64,000 nucleotides of DNA from Hypanus sabinus. Lineage: Eukaryota. The notes below the pieces were generated by a model. The model was not told where the DNA came from. It saw only the letters and a list, made by a program, of their open reading frames with translations, and made no database searches. Positions 37,894 to 53,030 of this stretch are shown piece by piece. Position 1 is the stretch's first letter; the number at the start of each line of letters is the position of its first letter. The translations under genes and the position numbers were made by a program. The stretch lies in NCBI RefSeq assembly GCF_030144855.1, contig NC_082717.1, positions 106,206,001 through 106,270,000 of the forward strand. Direction: 5' to 3'.

Positions 37894-37899
37894 TTGTGA

Positions 37900-38331
<432 letters not shown>

Positions 38332-38361
38332 AGAGACAAAGCGACAATTTAGAAACCCAAA

Positions 38362-38403
38362 GGCTCTTTTCAGAGCCACTCAGATTGTCTGTGGAAGGGC
38401 TGA
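38362..38403 (+). terminator. Histone stem-loop (38362-38377) and HDE
   Basis: GGCTCTTTTCAGAGCC-ACTCA...GTGGAAGGGCTG. Confidence 0.95.
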
Positions 38404-39529
38404 GCACCGGCTGGGGTGGGTCCGGGGGATTTCCGTTCTGGGTGTCTGTCGTAGACAAGCGTCTTAAACTCTCAAAGACTTCCGTAGTTATTTGTGCACA
38501 GAGCGCCCTCTCAGCCCGTGCTCCCTCCCATTCCCGAACTGCCTAATTTTAGCGGTAAACAAAGACTTCGCCGCCGTCTCCATTTCCTGAATGAATGTAG
38601 AGCGGCGATTGGTAGTAAATCGCCTCATCTGTTGATGAATGAAACAGCCTCATTCACCAATTAACAGGCGGCAACAGGAAAAGCGCCAAAACTGATCGCC
38701 GAGATCGTGACATTTGTAAAGTCCACCAAAAGGAAAATTATTTTGTAGAACAGTTCAAAAGTAAATAATTACAAGTGTGTGTGAATAGGAGCCGTCACGA
38801 GACGCTAATCCATTCATAATATAGACTGTGAAATATGTTAAATGTACAAAGTAAATTTATTATTCAGATCTGTACGCCATATACAACTTGCAGGCACCCA
38901 CAATCTATGAAAATCCACACACAACAAAGACCGACAAACAACGAATGTGCAAGAGAGGACAAATCGTGCAAATAAAAAAAAACCACTGAAATAATACGTA
39001 GAAACTAATCCGCAGAGTCCCCGAAAGTTAGTTTTGCGGTATGAGAGAGACTCGTATTGAATCACCGATCGGTATAAATGCTGATTCATAGAACATGACA
39101 GTTTTTTTTTAATCATTTAAAACGCATCAGGTTATGGACGGTTTGAAAAGTAGCTGTCGGGGCCGAGACTCCGATGTGAAGTTGTTCGGTGAAACGACCC
39201 TGAACCCATTCTGAGTCTCAAATAGATTCAGAATAGGGTTCAGGACAGTTGCATCACCTGAATGCAGGTAGTTAACTGCTTTAACGGCAATTAAACCGCA
39301 TCAGCAAAAATCTGGTAACAATAAGCGCTTTGTGTAAATTTATGTTTTTCTGGACTCTCGATCCTCAAGAGAGAATAATGTGTCCATTCCCTTGATAATA
39401 CTGTCCCCAATCACAACTATGTTTCTCTTCTTTCCCCCGTCATAAATAGTTCCCTGGACCATGGTGCTATATTTTAGTTGTTCATCCTTCTCACATGGAG
39501 CGACAACCTCAGACCCACTGAGCAAGTTC

Positions 39530-40250
39530 AATGGTTGGTAAAGCTGTAGAAGACACCAAAGTCAGTGGTATAGCGGTCAGGGAAAGTTATCCAGGAGACA
39601 ACAGGATCCTGATGAACTGGGGAAGTGAGCCTATGAATAGCAGATGGAATTTAACACAAACAAGTGTGAGGTGTTGCATTTTGAGAACTTGCACAGTGAA
39701 TGGTAGAGGTTTGGGGAGGGCCATAAAGCAGAGACGTGCGTTCCCTGAAAATAGAGACATGGGTAAACAGGATGGTGAAGCAGCCATCGGCAGACTTGCC
39801 CTCTTTGGTCAGTGCATCGAGTACAGGGGTTGGGCCGTACATCATGTTTCACCTATCCACGTTGGAGAGGCCACACTGTATTTGTGCAGTTCCGTCAGCC
39901 GGCGGATCTCATTCAGGTGGCAGTGGTGCAGCACACGTTCACGGGAATGTTACCGTGACTGGAGGCTTTGAGAAATAAGGACAGACTGAATAGATTATGT
40001 CTGTATTTCTTTAGAGAGTATGACGCTGAGAAAATAAAATCACAGGCAGCATTGACCAGTTGAATTATTTCAGTCTTTTCCCCAGGGTGGGGGAAACTAA
40101 AACTAGGAGAGGTTTAAGTTCAGAGAGAAGTTTAAATCTGACCTGAGGAGAAGATTTTCCACACAGAGGGTGGTGAGTATACGGAGTGAGCTGCCAGAGG
40201 AGCTGAAAATGTAGATAAATTTACAATGTTTGAAAAATATCCGGCTTTCC
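39530..40250 (+). mobile_element. Old degraded CR1 3' region
   Basis: DTKV, QMEFN..KCEVLHF and FSTQRVV remnants. Confidence 0.6.
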
Positions 40251-42340
40251 TCCCATCTCATGTGCACCGCCTGCACTGTCTTCACCCTGAAGTCTGACCA
40301 CTCCGCGGTTCACACGTGATAGGGAGGGATGGAAAAGAGGAGATGGCACAGCATCATTGATGAAGGAGACCGTCACTGCAGTAATGATGGTGGATATCTC
40401 AGAGGCTCCTCACGGGACCCCGCGTGGGCGAATCTTAGAAATTAAAAGGTATTCACACTGCCACAGATGACTGGATTACCACCACTTCAGAATACCCTCA
40501 ATTTCAGTGCCAAATGCAAATTTAAACATGCCAGATGTATTCTCATCCAAATTTTCAATATGCTTGACAAACAAAATACACAGCATCTTCACAGCAGTAC
40601 CACTGGTCACAGGCCTCCAAACAAAAATAGTAATTTATTTATTTGAAAAAATCAGTTTATCAATCAACAGTCACATCCATATCATTAATATATATGACAA
40701 ACAACATGGGTGCAGGCACAGATCCCTGAGGCATACCACTCCGATCTGGAAACAGTACGGATGTGTAGATGCAGGAGGACCACAGAGGGAGAAGAGCACT
40801 CTGTGAGATTTTGTCAGGATGTGAAGATGTTACAGAGGTAGTGAGGGGTTGAGGACCAAGGAGGGATGTGAGCCCAAGGAAAAGAACGGAAGCCTGCAGT
40901 ATGGAGCTGGTGCAGTAAGGCACTGACAGACACATACCAAGCAGGAAAGGAAGGAGCCCACCGTGGAGAAGCAGTCAGGCCCACCAGACTCCACCAGTCC
41001 ACTTCCAGATCCACATGGCAATGGCACAGAGTAAGCAGCAGCTCATCTGATCCAGTTGCTGTCTTCTCCATCTATCCCCATCAAACCCCAGGAGAAGACG
41101 ATAATATCACCTCTCATTCTTCAAAACTGAATCAAGTACAGACGAACTCCACTTCAGTTCAGTCTCTTTTGTCCCACTAAGGATAATCTCACCCCCCCAC
41201 CCCTGTGGACCACATCATCCCATTGCCACAGGAGCAATGTCAGTGATGTCACACACAAATGCCCCAGGAAGTGGCCTCATATCATGTGACATTCTGTCCA
41301 CAGACTGGGAGTCGGGGCAGAGTGAACTCAGTTAGAGAGCCCCCACAGACACTTCCACAGTGGTTTCACAAGGATATTTCAGAGTCAAATCTGCAGTTGG
41401 GTAAGGGATACAGAATTTGGCACCAGGACCGAAAGGACAATGATTGAAATTGAAACTAAAGCAGAGAATGCTGGATACCCTCAGCAGCTCAGGAAGCATC
41501 TATGGAAAGAGGAAGAGAGTGAACATTTCAGGTCAGAATTTGGAAAGTGAGGGAAAAACAAGTTAAATTTAATCTGGGTAATTAAAGTGTTTGAGGAGAC
41601 ATTTCTGAAATATCATCAGCGACTCTGTTTCCACTGGCAGTATACTCCAGGTGCTCTGGGTTCCAGGGCCTTCTCAGATCCACTCTCACCCTCTTGCCCA
41701 CTCGACCAATGATCTGGATGATAATGTGGTAAAATGGTTCAGCACATTTGCAGATGACAGCAAGATTGTGGGTGCAGTGGATAGCGAGGAATGCTATTGT
41801 AACTTGCAGTGTGATCTTGAAAGTGGGGTCACAGGTAGATAGGGTCGTAAAGAGAGCTCTGGGCACATTGGCCTTCATAAATCAAAACATTGGCTACAGG
41901 AGTTGGGATGTTATGTTGAGGTTGTATAACACATTGATGAGGCCAAATTTGGAGTATTGTGTGCAATTCTGGTCACTTATCTACAGTTAATCACCTGTCC
42001 CAGAGAACGTTTGAAGCTGTAACAACAGAGAGAGTAAATGCACATTAACTAAACATCAATCAGGCGAAGTGAACGGGGTTTTGTGAAAGTTTAACAATTA
42101 CATTCGAATCTTTGGAGTAGGAACACAAGCTGCGGGTAAAGGAAACAGTGGTTGTCCTGAACTGAGATGTCCATTTGATAAGCTGCTCCTTCACAGGGTA
42201 TCTGGAAAATGAAAGCTCACCGTGAATACTGAACTTACTGGTGACAGAAAGAGAGAGGGGAACATAAATTGTGACGATCAGGTAAGGAGGGAATAGAGAG
42301 AAACTGTGGGAGGAAGTGAGATGGTACATTTTTGTAGGAA

Positions 42341-43990
42341 AATCAGAATCACAATCAGAATCAGGTTTATTATCACCAGCATGTGATGTGAAATTTGTTA
42401 ACTTAACAGCAGCAGTTCAATGCAATACATAATCCAGCAGAGAGAGAGAAAAAATAAATATAATAAAGAAGTAAATCAATTATGTATATTGAATAGATTG
42501 TTAAAAAATGTGCAAAAACAGTAATATTGTATATTTAAAAAAGTGAGGTCATGTCCAAAGCTTCAAAGTCCATTTAGGAATCGGATGACAGAGGGGAAGC
42601 AGCTTTTCCTGAATCACTGAGTGGGTGCCTTTAGGATTCTCCACCTCCTTCCTGATGGTAGCAATGGGAAGAGAGCATGTCCTGGGTGCTGGAGATCCTT
42701 AATAATGGACGCTGCCTTTCTGAGACACCGCTCCCTAAAGATGTCCTGGTTAATTTGAAGGATAGTGCCCAAGATGGAGCTGACTAGATTTACAACCTTC
42801 TGCAGCTTCTTTCAGTCCTGTGCAGTAACATCCCCCCCACCTCCATACCAGACAGTGATGCAGCCTGTCAGAATGCTCTCCACGGTACAACTATAGAAGT
42901 TTTTGAGTGTATTTGTTGAGATGCAAAATCACTTCAAACTCCTAATAAAGTATAGCCGCTGTCTTGTCTTCTTTATGACTACATCAATGTGTTGGGACCA
43001 GGTTAGATCCTCAGAGATCTTGACACTGAGGAACTTGAAGCTGCTCACTCTCTCCACTCCTGATCCCTCTATGAGGATTGGTATGTGTTCCTTCGTCTTA
43101 CCCTTCCTGAAGTCCACAATCAGCTCTTTTGACTTACTGACAGTGAGTCAAGGTTGTTGCTGCGACACCACTCCACTAGTTGGCATATCTCGCTCCTGTA
43201 CACCCTCTCGTCACCACCTGAGATTCTACCAACACTGGTTGTATCATCAGCAAATTCATAGATGTTATTTGAGCTAAGCCTAGCCACACAGTCATGTATA
43301 TATAGAGAGTGTTGATCGTCAGCGAGGAGGATATGTTATCACCAATCCACATAGACTGTGGTTTTCCGGTTAGGAAGCTGAGGATCCAGTTGCAGAGGGA
43401 GGTACAGAGGCCCAGGTTCTGCAACTTCTCAATCAGGGTTGTGGGAATGATGATAATAAATGCTGAGCTATAGTCAATGAACAGCATCCTGACGTAGGTG
43501 CTTATGTTGTCCGGGTGGTCTAAAGCCCTGTGGAGACCCACTGAGATTGTGTCTGCTGTTGGCCTGTTGTGGCAATAGGCAAATTCCAATGGGTCCAGTT
43601 CCTTGCTGAGGCAGGAGTTCAGTCTAGTCATGACCAACCTCTCAAAGCATTTCATCACTGTCGATGTGAGTGCTACCGGGCGATAGTCATTAAAGCAGCC
43701 CACATTATTATTCTTAGGCACTGGTATAATTGTTGCCTTTTTGAAGCAAGTGGGAACTTCCACCTGCAGCAGTGAGAGATTGAAAATGTCCTTGAGTACT
43801 CCCGCTAGTTGGTTGGCCCAGGTTTTCAGAGCCTTACCAGGTACTCCATTGGGACCTTCCACCTTGTGAGGGTTCACTCTCTTTAAAGACAGCCTAACAT
43901 CGGCCTCTGAGACGGAGATCACAGGGTCATCAGGTGCAACAGGGATCTTCACAGCTGTAGTTGTGTTCTCTCTTTCAAAGCGGGCATAGA
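42341..43990 (-). mobile_element. Rex1/Babar-type LINE (RT and 3' end)
   Basis: ORF 43176-43952 contains NDYRPVALTSTVMKCFERLV and YVRMLFIDYSSAF; (TTCTGA)n tail at 42341-42365. Confidence 0.85.
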
Positions 43991-44012
43991 ATAGGCAATA
44001 AAGTACACTTCT

Positions 44013-44186
44013 AAATGTTGAGAGGTACAGAAGCTATCTGATGAAGAGGTTCCTGCCTGAAACGTTAACTCTGTTTCTCTGACCAGGGTTGCTGCTTGAG
44101 CTGTGTTTTACTTGAAATTCAGAATTCGCTTTCATTTTTCTCCAGAATATCATCGGTTAATTTTCGGAGCATTGAGCACACATTTC
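44013..44186 (+). repeat. Left direct repeat flanking the H4/H3 pair (hammerhead-derived)
   Basis: CTGATGAAGAGGTTCCTGCCTGAAACGTTAACTCTGTTTCTCTGACC...CCAGAATATCATC...GGAGCA matches 46339-46510. Confidence 0.8.
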
Positions 44187-44460
44187 ACGGGATTTGGGTC
44201 AGTTATCCAGGGCGTTAGCTGGTAATGTCACTGACCGATCTTCGATATCTCCTGTGCATCTGTTGTTTTTTTTCCGGGCGCTGGGTTTCTGTTTCGTTGC
44301 GGCCAAACCGTTGGAAACTGGAGGTGAGAGGCCGCCCTGTGCTGTCTGTCACGGACTGTCTCCACCCCTTCCCTCTCTCTCTCCCTCCCCGCACTGCCCG
44401 TAACTCTGTCTCCTCCCCTCTCACTCTCTGCGCGTTTCTCGGACAGGTCGGGGCGCTGTG

Positions 44461-44467
44461 TATAAAA
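44461..44467 (+). promoter_or_regulatory. H4 TATA box
   Basis: TATAAAA about 60 bp upstream of the ATG. Confidence 0.75.
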
Positions 44468-44512
44468 GGCGACAGCAGCAGACAGCTCGTTACAGAACAA
44501 CGACGGGAGTGA

Positions 44513-44833
<321 letters not shown>

Positions 44834-44865
44834 ACAAACCTTCGTTCTTCCAAACCCAAAACAAA

Positions 44866-44908
44866 GGCTCTTTTAAGAGCCGCCCACCAACTCACGGAGA
44901 GAGCAGGC
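44866..44908 (+). terminator. H4 stem-loop (44866-44881) and HDE
   Basis: GGCTCTTTTAAGAGCC-GCCCA...GGAGAGAGCAG. Confidence 0.93.
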
Positions 44909-45647
44909 CGCAGGCCATTGACCTGAAATTTTAACTCTTCAATTTTCGATTAAATTAAAAACGGGTGGATGGGGTTGTCAGGTAATTATTACGACACGGG
45001 ATTGAAATCGGTCTGCGCGCTATCTGGTCACGGAGTGCGCCGTTAAGGGTCTGGAGATTAAATTCCCATTCTCTTAGCACAATAACCCAGTCAGAGAGCG
45101 GAAAGAAAAGCGCCGGAACCTCAGTTTCCCGAATGACCTGAAACTTAAAAAAACAAGCAGAAGTTCCTGTTTGACACGTTTTTGTTTCAACAGGCGTTGC
45201 CTGGCCTGCTGAGTTCCTCCTGCATTTCTGTGTGTCGACGCGCAGAATTTTTAGTCTGCAAAAATATGCATCGACTCAATCAAGATTTCATTTACAGTAC
45301 CGCTTGTAACTCGCCAGTTTTAATGTTTCGTGTGATTCAGTTTCCAAAAGTAGAACCACCGTTTACACTCGCGGTGGGTCTGAGTATTTACACCATCAGG
45401 TTCTGTACAGGCCTCTCAGAAACTGCGGTCTAATGAGGACAAGGAATCCCTGACGGCGAGGGAGTTTACCTCTGGTGTTGGCGCTGCCGTCAACCCAACG
45501 GCAGCGAACTGCTCACTCTCAGTGTTAATCGGGTCCAGTCTGCAATAAACCGGGATGTCTTATTGAACATTACACAAAACACCCACAGGAGAAGGTCAGA
45601 GGGACACGGCGTGCAGTTAACACAAAAGCTGAGTGAATAGGAAATGA

Positions 45648-45688
45648 CAGCCCTTTCCACTGCTGAGTTAGTGGCTCTGAAAAGAGCC
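45648..45688 (-). terminator. H3 stem-loop (45673-45688) and HDE
   Basis: Minus strand reads GGCTCTTTTCAGAGCC-ACTAA...GTGGAAAGGGCTG. Confidence 0.93.
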
Positions 45689-45717
45689 TTTTGTTGTGCT
45701 TGGTGCCGAGGCCGGGT

Positions 45718-46134
<417 letters not shown>

Positions 46135-46185
46135 TCAGCAGTCCGAGTACTGGGATTGGAATGCTAGAGGGACTCCGCGACCGAT

Positions 46186-46253
46186 TTTTAAAGGGTTCAA
46201 GGGCTGCCTAACTCCCCAATGATTGGCTGTAAGAGAGTCCCAGTGCTGATTGG
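46186..46253 (-). promoter_or_regulatory. H3 promoter (TATA-like element and CCAAT boxes)
   Basis: TTTAAAA at about 46186-46192; CCAAT at 46216; ATTGG at 46222 and 46249. Confidence 0.65.
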
Positions 46254-46338
46254 CTATTTTTCCTTCATCAGTTTGAAGCTGGCGGGTGGGGGAGGTGGTT
46301 TGCTTGGACTATACAATGAAGCACGTTCTCTGGAGCTG

Positions 46339-46510
46339 AAACGTTGCAGGGTGTTATCTGATGATGAGGTTCCTGCCTGAAACGTTAACTCTGTTTCTCT
46401 GACCACAGTTACTGCCTGAGCTGCATCTTGAATGACAGAATTCTGGTTTTCGCTTTTGTTCTTTTTCCAGAATATCATCAGTCAACTTTGGGAGCATGGA
46501 GCACAAATCT
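46339..46510 (+). repeat. Right direct repeat flanking the H4/H3 pair
   Basis: Homologous to 44013-44186, offset about 2320 bp. Confidence 0.8.
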
Positions 46511-47010
46511 GAAGAGGCACAAATCAAAGACGAGAAAGACTGCAGGACTGGGGGTAAAAGATGAGAACACTGAGCAAGAAATTGGGGAGGTGAGCAAGAA
46601 ATACGAGGTGGTAGATGATCGGCGAAACCGGGAGAGGGGGATGGGTGAAGTAAAGAGCTGGGAAGTTTATAGGTGAAGGAAATAAAAGGCTGGAGAAGGG
46701 GGAATGCTCTGCCCCAGAAGACAGTGGAGGCCGTCTCTGGATGCATTCAAGAGAGAGTTAGATAGAGCTCGTATAGATAGCGGGGTCAAGGGATATGGGG
46801 AGAGGGCAGGAACGGGGCACTGATTGTGTATAATCAGCCATGATCACAGTGAATGGTGGTGCTGGCTAGAAGGGCCGAATGGCCTACACCTGCACCTACT
46901 GTCTATTGTCTATTGAATCTGAAGGAGAGGGTAGAAGACCATGGAAAAAAGGAAAGGCGGAAGAGAACCGGAGGGAGGTAATGAACATGTAATAAGATGA
47001 GAGAGGGACC
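46510..47010. mobile_element. Penelope 3' fragment (minus) with a nested CR1 3' tail (plus, about 46705-46914)
   Basis: Matches 17930-18190; the CR1 piece ends in CTATTGTCTATT. Confidence 0.7.
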
Positions 47011-47432
47011 TTCTGAATTGCCCCCAAAATCTCCGGCCACTGCTGTTCTGCCATCATTCCTGCTGGTGTCCCCTTTCAGCCAACTTCAGCCAGCTCTTCC
47101 CTCATACCTCTGTATGCTGATACATCTGACTTTAGGTTAAGCCTCTGAAACTACAGGATGAATTCTTTATTATGATGACTGCTTCTGAAGGATACCCTTA
47201 CCTTAAGCTCCCTAATCATATCTGGTTCATTACAGAACACATTTGCCTTTCCCTTAGTGCCCACTAGGAGAAATTTGTATCCCACATCCTGGCTACCATT
47301 TGGAGGCCTGTATATAAATCCTATTAGGGTATTTCCATCAGCGTATTTTTACCCTTGCATTTTCTTAACTTAGGATTTTACACCATCCAATCCTATTTCA
47401 GCTCTTGTTAAGGATTTGACTTCATTTTTCAC

Positions 47433-48347
47433 TGTTATAAGTGATGAACAGACCTGATAGACAATGGGTTACAGAGTTAACCATTCCCCCCCCCTCCAAG
47501 AACCATGAACTATTACTGTTGCTATGCTGACCATGAGAAAGAGATGAAAAACAGGCAAGAACATTTGCTACATATAAGAGAGGGGAGAGAGACTGTTGAT
47601 TTACTGTATTATGACTTCTGCAAGGGCTATTTATCTTCTACTAGTTTGCTCATAAACATTCCTCAGTGGACTGAAGGAGTGACCTTATTTGATGGACACA
47701 GTCTTTCAGAATTGATGGATAGCTGAGACCCCGTGAGTGGGGATAAAAGACAGGTCTGGAGAGACACCTTCCAGACACGCCACTGGACACTGATTGAGTG
47801 TTGGAACCCACAAGAAAGATGGGGGCTTCAAAGACCAAACCAGGAGGTCGGTCATTAAGGCTATCAGTGAAAAAGCAGGGCTGGTGGGAGCTTGTGTGTG
47901 TGTCCACTCATGCCAGAGTGACGAGTCCACCACAGAAGAACGGTCTGGCTGAAGACCAGAGGGGTCATAACTGAATGACCACAACGATATGACGGATTAA
48001 GAAAGCAAAGTAAGGTTTGCCTGACTGTAGCTGTTACATCTCGCTCTCTCTCTCTCCAACGATTACAACAAACATAACTACATCAGCATTTATGAACTGA
48101 ACTGAACTTTATACTTTTCTATGACAATTTATTTACCCCTAGACATCGATAGAGCTTGTTTATTATTGCTTATAATTATTCCTACACTTTAGGGTTTATT
48201 GCTGCTAACTTGTTTTATATGTATATTTGCATTATTGATATGGTTTTGCTTATTTTTATTAATAAACACTTTTAATTTGGTACCACCAGACTCCAACGGA
48301 TTCTTCTTTCTCTGCTGGTTAGACACTCAGTTACAGGGTATGTAACA
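47433..48347 (+). mobile_element. Solo LTR (915 bp) inside a minus-strand CR1 fragment
   Basis: TGTTA...TAACA termini; 4-bp TSD TCAC at 47429-47432 and 48348-48351; GATAAAA and AATAAA signals; the flanks rejoin as CR1. Confidence 0.85.
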
Positions 48348-51300
48348 TCACCAACAGCGGCAGCCCACTCCCTCTCCCAACCAGTCTGTCCTCTCAATAC
48401 AATCTGTACCCTTGGATGTTACGCTCCCAATTTTGACCCTCTTTCAGACAAGACTCAATGATGCCCACAACATCATAAATCATCTAAAACTCTATTGTGT
48501 GCATTCAAATCTACCACCTTCAGTCCTGTATTCATCACACTTTTTGATTTTGTCCCCATGTTACCCCACTGACTGCAATTTTGCCCCATCATCCTGTCCT
48601 TCCTCGGTCTCACTACACACCACATTGCTGTTATTAGCAGGAGTGTTGAATGCAAGCATAAGGAAGTCACACTGCACCTCTATAAGACTTGAATCTGACA
48701 AGGCTCACCAGGACTCTGCCTGGATTAGAGTGGAGGAGCTCAAAGGAAATGTACGACAGACTTGTGTTTTTCATAGAATGTCAGAGGTGGGGGGAAGAAC
48801 CATTCGTAGGGGAATTGAAGGTCAAGGGGAGAAGGCAGGTAGGTGGAGATGACTCCATGGTCAGATCAACCATTATTCTTATTAAATGGTAGACTAGGCT
48901 TGATGGGCCAAATGGCCAACTCCTGCTCTTATTCTTATGTTCTTATAACTCAGTCATTCATGTCCTGGCAACATCCTCATGAACCTCCCCTGCATTATTT
49001 CCAGTGTTGGCCAGAAGAAACTGCAGTCTGATGGAAGACCGGGGAAGCAGACTTCGTTTCCCCCATTTTGTGGATTCTGAACAGTTTCTGGCTCTTGGAT
49101 AATCTAATCAGAGCAACTGAATGTGGATACTGGAGGCTTCAGGTAATGATCTGCTGAACCTGAGACCATTCTCAAGCAAATAGCTGTTTGTTATGTGAAG
49201 GGAATGGACTCTGAACTGATCCTTGCTCTGGGACAATCTAATCAGAGCAATAAACCTGAGACCATTCTCAGAGGAGTAGCTGCTTGTTCTGTAAAATGCC
49301 AGACTTGCAATCGGTAATCTCGTTAAACTCTGTCTGGGTTGCCTCATTTAGCTGGTTTGGACCAGTCAGAGTGTAAAGACACAAATACACAGGGCTGGGG
49401 TGGGCAGAGCTGTGAAACAATGTTGGCTGTAGCCCTGTACGATGACCAGTAAGAAGGTGACCTTGAGCCAATGGTTCAATTGATGAGGAACCGTATTAGA
49501 CTCAGGAGCTCCAAGTACGCAGGGGCGATAACTCTCCAGCAGCCAGAGACCACCCATCACAGATAAGGAGGACCCCACGGACACGTGGAGATCGGGACCA
49601 CGAGGAACACTTGGCCAGCGTAGACTCCTTTCCCAGGTAATAGGTGAATGATGCTTTGACATTCATTGCTGGGTGGTTGGTGCAGAGAAACAGGGAAGTG
49701 TTGTTACACTCTCAGACACGTGAACAGTGATGGATTTTGGGAAGTTGAGGCAGGCCCAGCCTTTCACGGTGAATGACAGGGTTCTGGGGAGTGTTAATGA
49801 ACAGAGAGATCTTTGGATACAGGAACATAGTTCACTGAACGTGACAACACAGCTGGACAAGGTAGTGATGAAGGTGCATGGAATGCTTACTTCATCAGCA
49901 AAGGCACGGAGAGGAGATGGGACATCACATTACAGTTGTACAAATCATCCTTTAGGCAACACCCACAATTCCCTGTGAAGTTCTGACTCCACACTATAGG
50001 AAGGATGTGAGTAATCTGGAAAGGTGCACAGAAGATTCACCGGGATGTTGCCTGGACTGAAGGCCTTAAGTAATGAGGGAAGTCTAATGGCGGGGACTGT
50101 TTTCCCTGGAGTGAAGGAGGCTGAGAGGAGACCTGGCAGAAGTTTATGGATAAGATGGAGTCAGAATCTTCTTCCCAGAATGGAAATGTCAAATTAAGAA
50201 GGCATGGCTTTAAAGTGACAGGCTGAGAATTTACAGATGATGTGCAGGGCAAGTCACAGTTTAATTTGATTTACAGAGTGGTGGGGACCTGGTACGGTCT
50301 GCCATTGGAAGTGGTGGAAGCAGATATGATAGTGACATTTCAGAGGCTTTTAGACAGGAAATGGAAGGAAATGAATGACATGCAGGCAGAAGAGATTCAG
50401 TTTCATTTGGCACTGTGGGAAGAAGAGCCTGTTCCTGTGTCGTACTGTTTGGTTTCTGGGTCAACGACAGGGACATGAAACTCTTTAGCCAGGGGCCCAC
50501 ACCAGTGTATCTGTGACAATGAGTAGGGTCCTCAAGAGTGTTGGGGAACAGAGAGTCCAAGGAGTACCAGTACATAGTTCTCTGAAAGTCTAGACAGGGT
50601 GCCGAGGAAGGCATTTGCCACACGGCCTTCATCAGTGTGGCTTGCAGTACAGGAGTTGGGACTTCATGTTGTCACTGTACAAGGTAGTGGTGAGACCACA
50701 ATGTATTGTGTGCCGTTCTGGACACCCGCTTATAGGAAGAATGTCATTAAGCTGGAACGTGGCAGAAGGTTTAGGGGAGTCGAGAACTGGAGGACATCAT
50801 GTAAAAAGGAAAAGACCCAAAAGGGACCTGAGGAGCAAAATTTTCCACACAGAGGGCGGTGGGTATATGGTACGAGCAGCCTGAGGAAGCTGCAGAGGAG
50901 AGTACAATTACAATGTTAACAGGTCTTTGTACAGGTACATGGATAGGAGAGGTTTCGAGGGAATGGGCCAAAGACTGACAAATGGGATTTGCACAGGTAG
51001 ACCTCTTGGTCAGAATGGATGAGCCGGGCCGAAGGGCCAGTTTCTGTCCTGTGCAACTCTGACTCTGTAAGTGAAAACTGGGCAGGACTGGAGACTCCCC
51101 ACTCCAGGTGTAGAAGGTTCACATATGACAGGGAGGGATCTCGGGGGGAGGGAAGAATGTTGCACTATTGATCCAGGAGACAGTCGCTGCAGTAATGAGG
51201 AAGGACGTCTCAGGAGGTTCTTCACACATGTGAATGGCATTTAGGAATAAATAAAGTATCACACACATTGCTGAAATTATACTGTTAGTCTCCCAGCAGT

Positions 51301-53030
51301 TGTTGGGAGATTGAGGAGTAGGTATGTTGGTAAGTCACACAGAGGTCTAATGGGAACAGGGTTAGACCAATCAGGCACTTTAACTCTCCCAAAATTAACC
51401 AGATCACCTCTGTGTGAAAGGATTAGAGGTGGAATTTTGGAAGAATATCCAGGACCATAACACATAGGAGAAGAAATAGGCTATTTGACCTGCACAAGGA
51501 CTCTCTAGTCCCATTGCTTCTCAGATTTTTAAATTTTTTCCCTGTATGGAAAATACAGTTTTCATTTGTATATGAAAACTGCTTGACCACACACGTCCTT
51601 GCAATGGAAAGCATCTGCCACTTCTTTCCCCAGTCTCCTAAGTCCTCCTGCAGACTCCCAGCTACCTCAACACTTCCTCCCCCTCCACTTATCTTTGTAT
51701 TATCCACTGAAGCGGCCACAAAGGCATTGATTGTCAACAAAACCATTGACATATAATGTGAAAAGAAGCGGTCCCAACAGCAACCCCGGCGGAACAGCAT
51801 GAGTCACCAGCTGTCAACCAGAAAAGGTCCCCTTTATTCCCACTCTTTGCCTCCTATAAGTCAGCTAATCTTCTGTCCATGTTAGTATCTTTCCTGTTAC
51901 ACCACGGGCTCTTACCTTGTTAAGCAGCCTTACGTGCAGCATCTTGTCAAAGGCCATCTGAAAATCCAGTAAACAACACCCACTGACTCATCTTTATCGA
52001 TCCTGCTTGTTATTTCCTTAAACGATTTGTCAGGCAACATTTTCCCTTAAGGAAACTCTGCTAACTTTGGTTTACTTTATCACGTGCCTCCAAGTACTCT
52101 GAAACTTCACCCTTCATAACGGACTCCAACATCTTCCCAACCACTGAAATCAGGCTAACCAGCCTATAATTTCCTTTCTTCTGCCTCCTTCCCTTCTAAA
52201 AGAGTGGAATGATACTTCAAATTTTCCAGCCCTCCAAAACCATTCCAGAATCTAGTGAATCATAAAGATCATTACTAATGTCTCCACAATCTCTTCAGCT
52301 ATTTCTCTCAGAACCTTGGGGTGTTGGCCATCTGATTCAGGGGACTTAATCTACCTTCAGATCTTTTAGCTTCCCAAGCACCTCACCTTAGTAATAGCAA
52401 TTACACTTACCTCTGCCCACTGGCACACTTGAGTTCCCTCTCTTGGGATCCAGCACCACCTAGATTTTCCCAATCTACCTGCATATTGAAATCTCCCATG
52501 ATAATTGTAACCCTATGCTTTTTACAAGCCTTTTCAGCTCATTTCTAATTTCCAACCCACATCCTGGCTACTGTTCAGATGCTTGTACGTATTTGACTCC
52601 CATCAGGGTCTTTTTACCCGTGCAGTTTCTTAACTCTCCCCTCAAGGCTTCCACATTTCCCGTCCCCTCTGCCTACCTGCCTGTCCTTTCAATACAATGT
52701 TTATCCTTGGATGTTAAGCTCCCAACTATAATATTCTTTCAGCCACGAATCAGTGATGCCCATGACATCATAATTACCAATCTGTAACTGCACTATAAGA
52801 TCATCTACCTTATTGTATATACTGTGTGCAATCACCTTAAGATCTGCATCCAACACCCTTTTCAATTTTGCCCCCACGGTACACTTCACCTCATCACAAT
52901 GACTACAATTTTGCCCTATCATCGGCCTGTTCTTCCTCACAGTCTCACTTGTATACCAACTGCTACATCCTCAGTCCTATCACTCGGCTTCCCACCATCC
53001 TGCTGAATCGGCTAACCCCCCCACCCCCCA

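Noticed and set aside
40760-41450. Non-repeat-looking segment, possibly a decayed exon
   Set aside because: Stops in the frames I checked and no convincing domain or splice pair.
49090-49300. Local duplication of about 130 bp
   Set aside because: A small tandem duplication with deletion and no functional signal.
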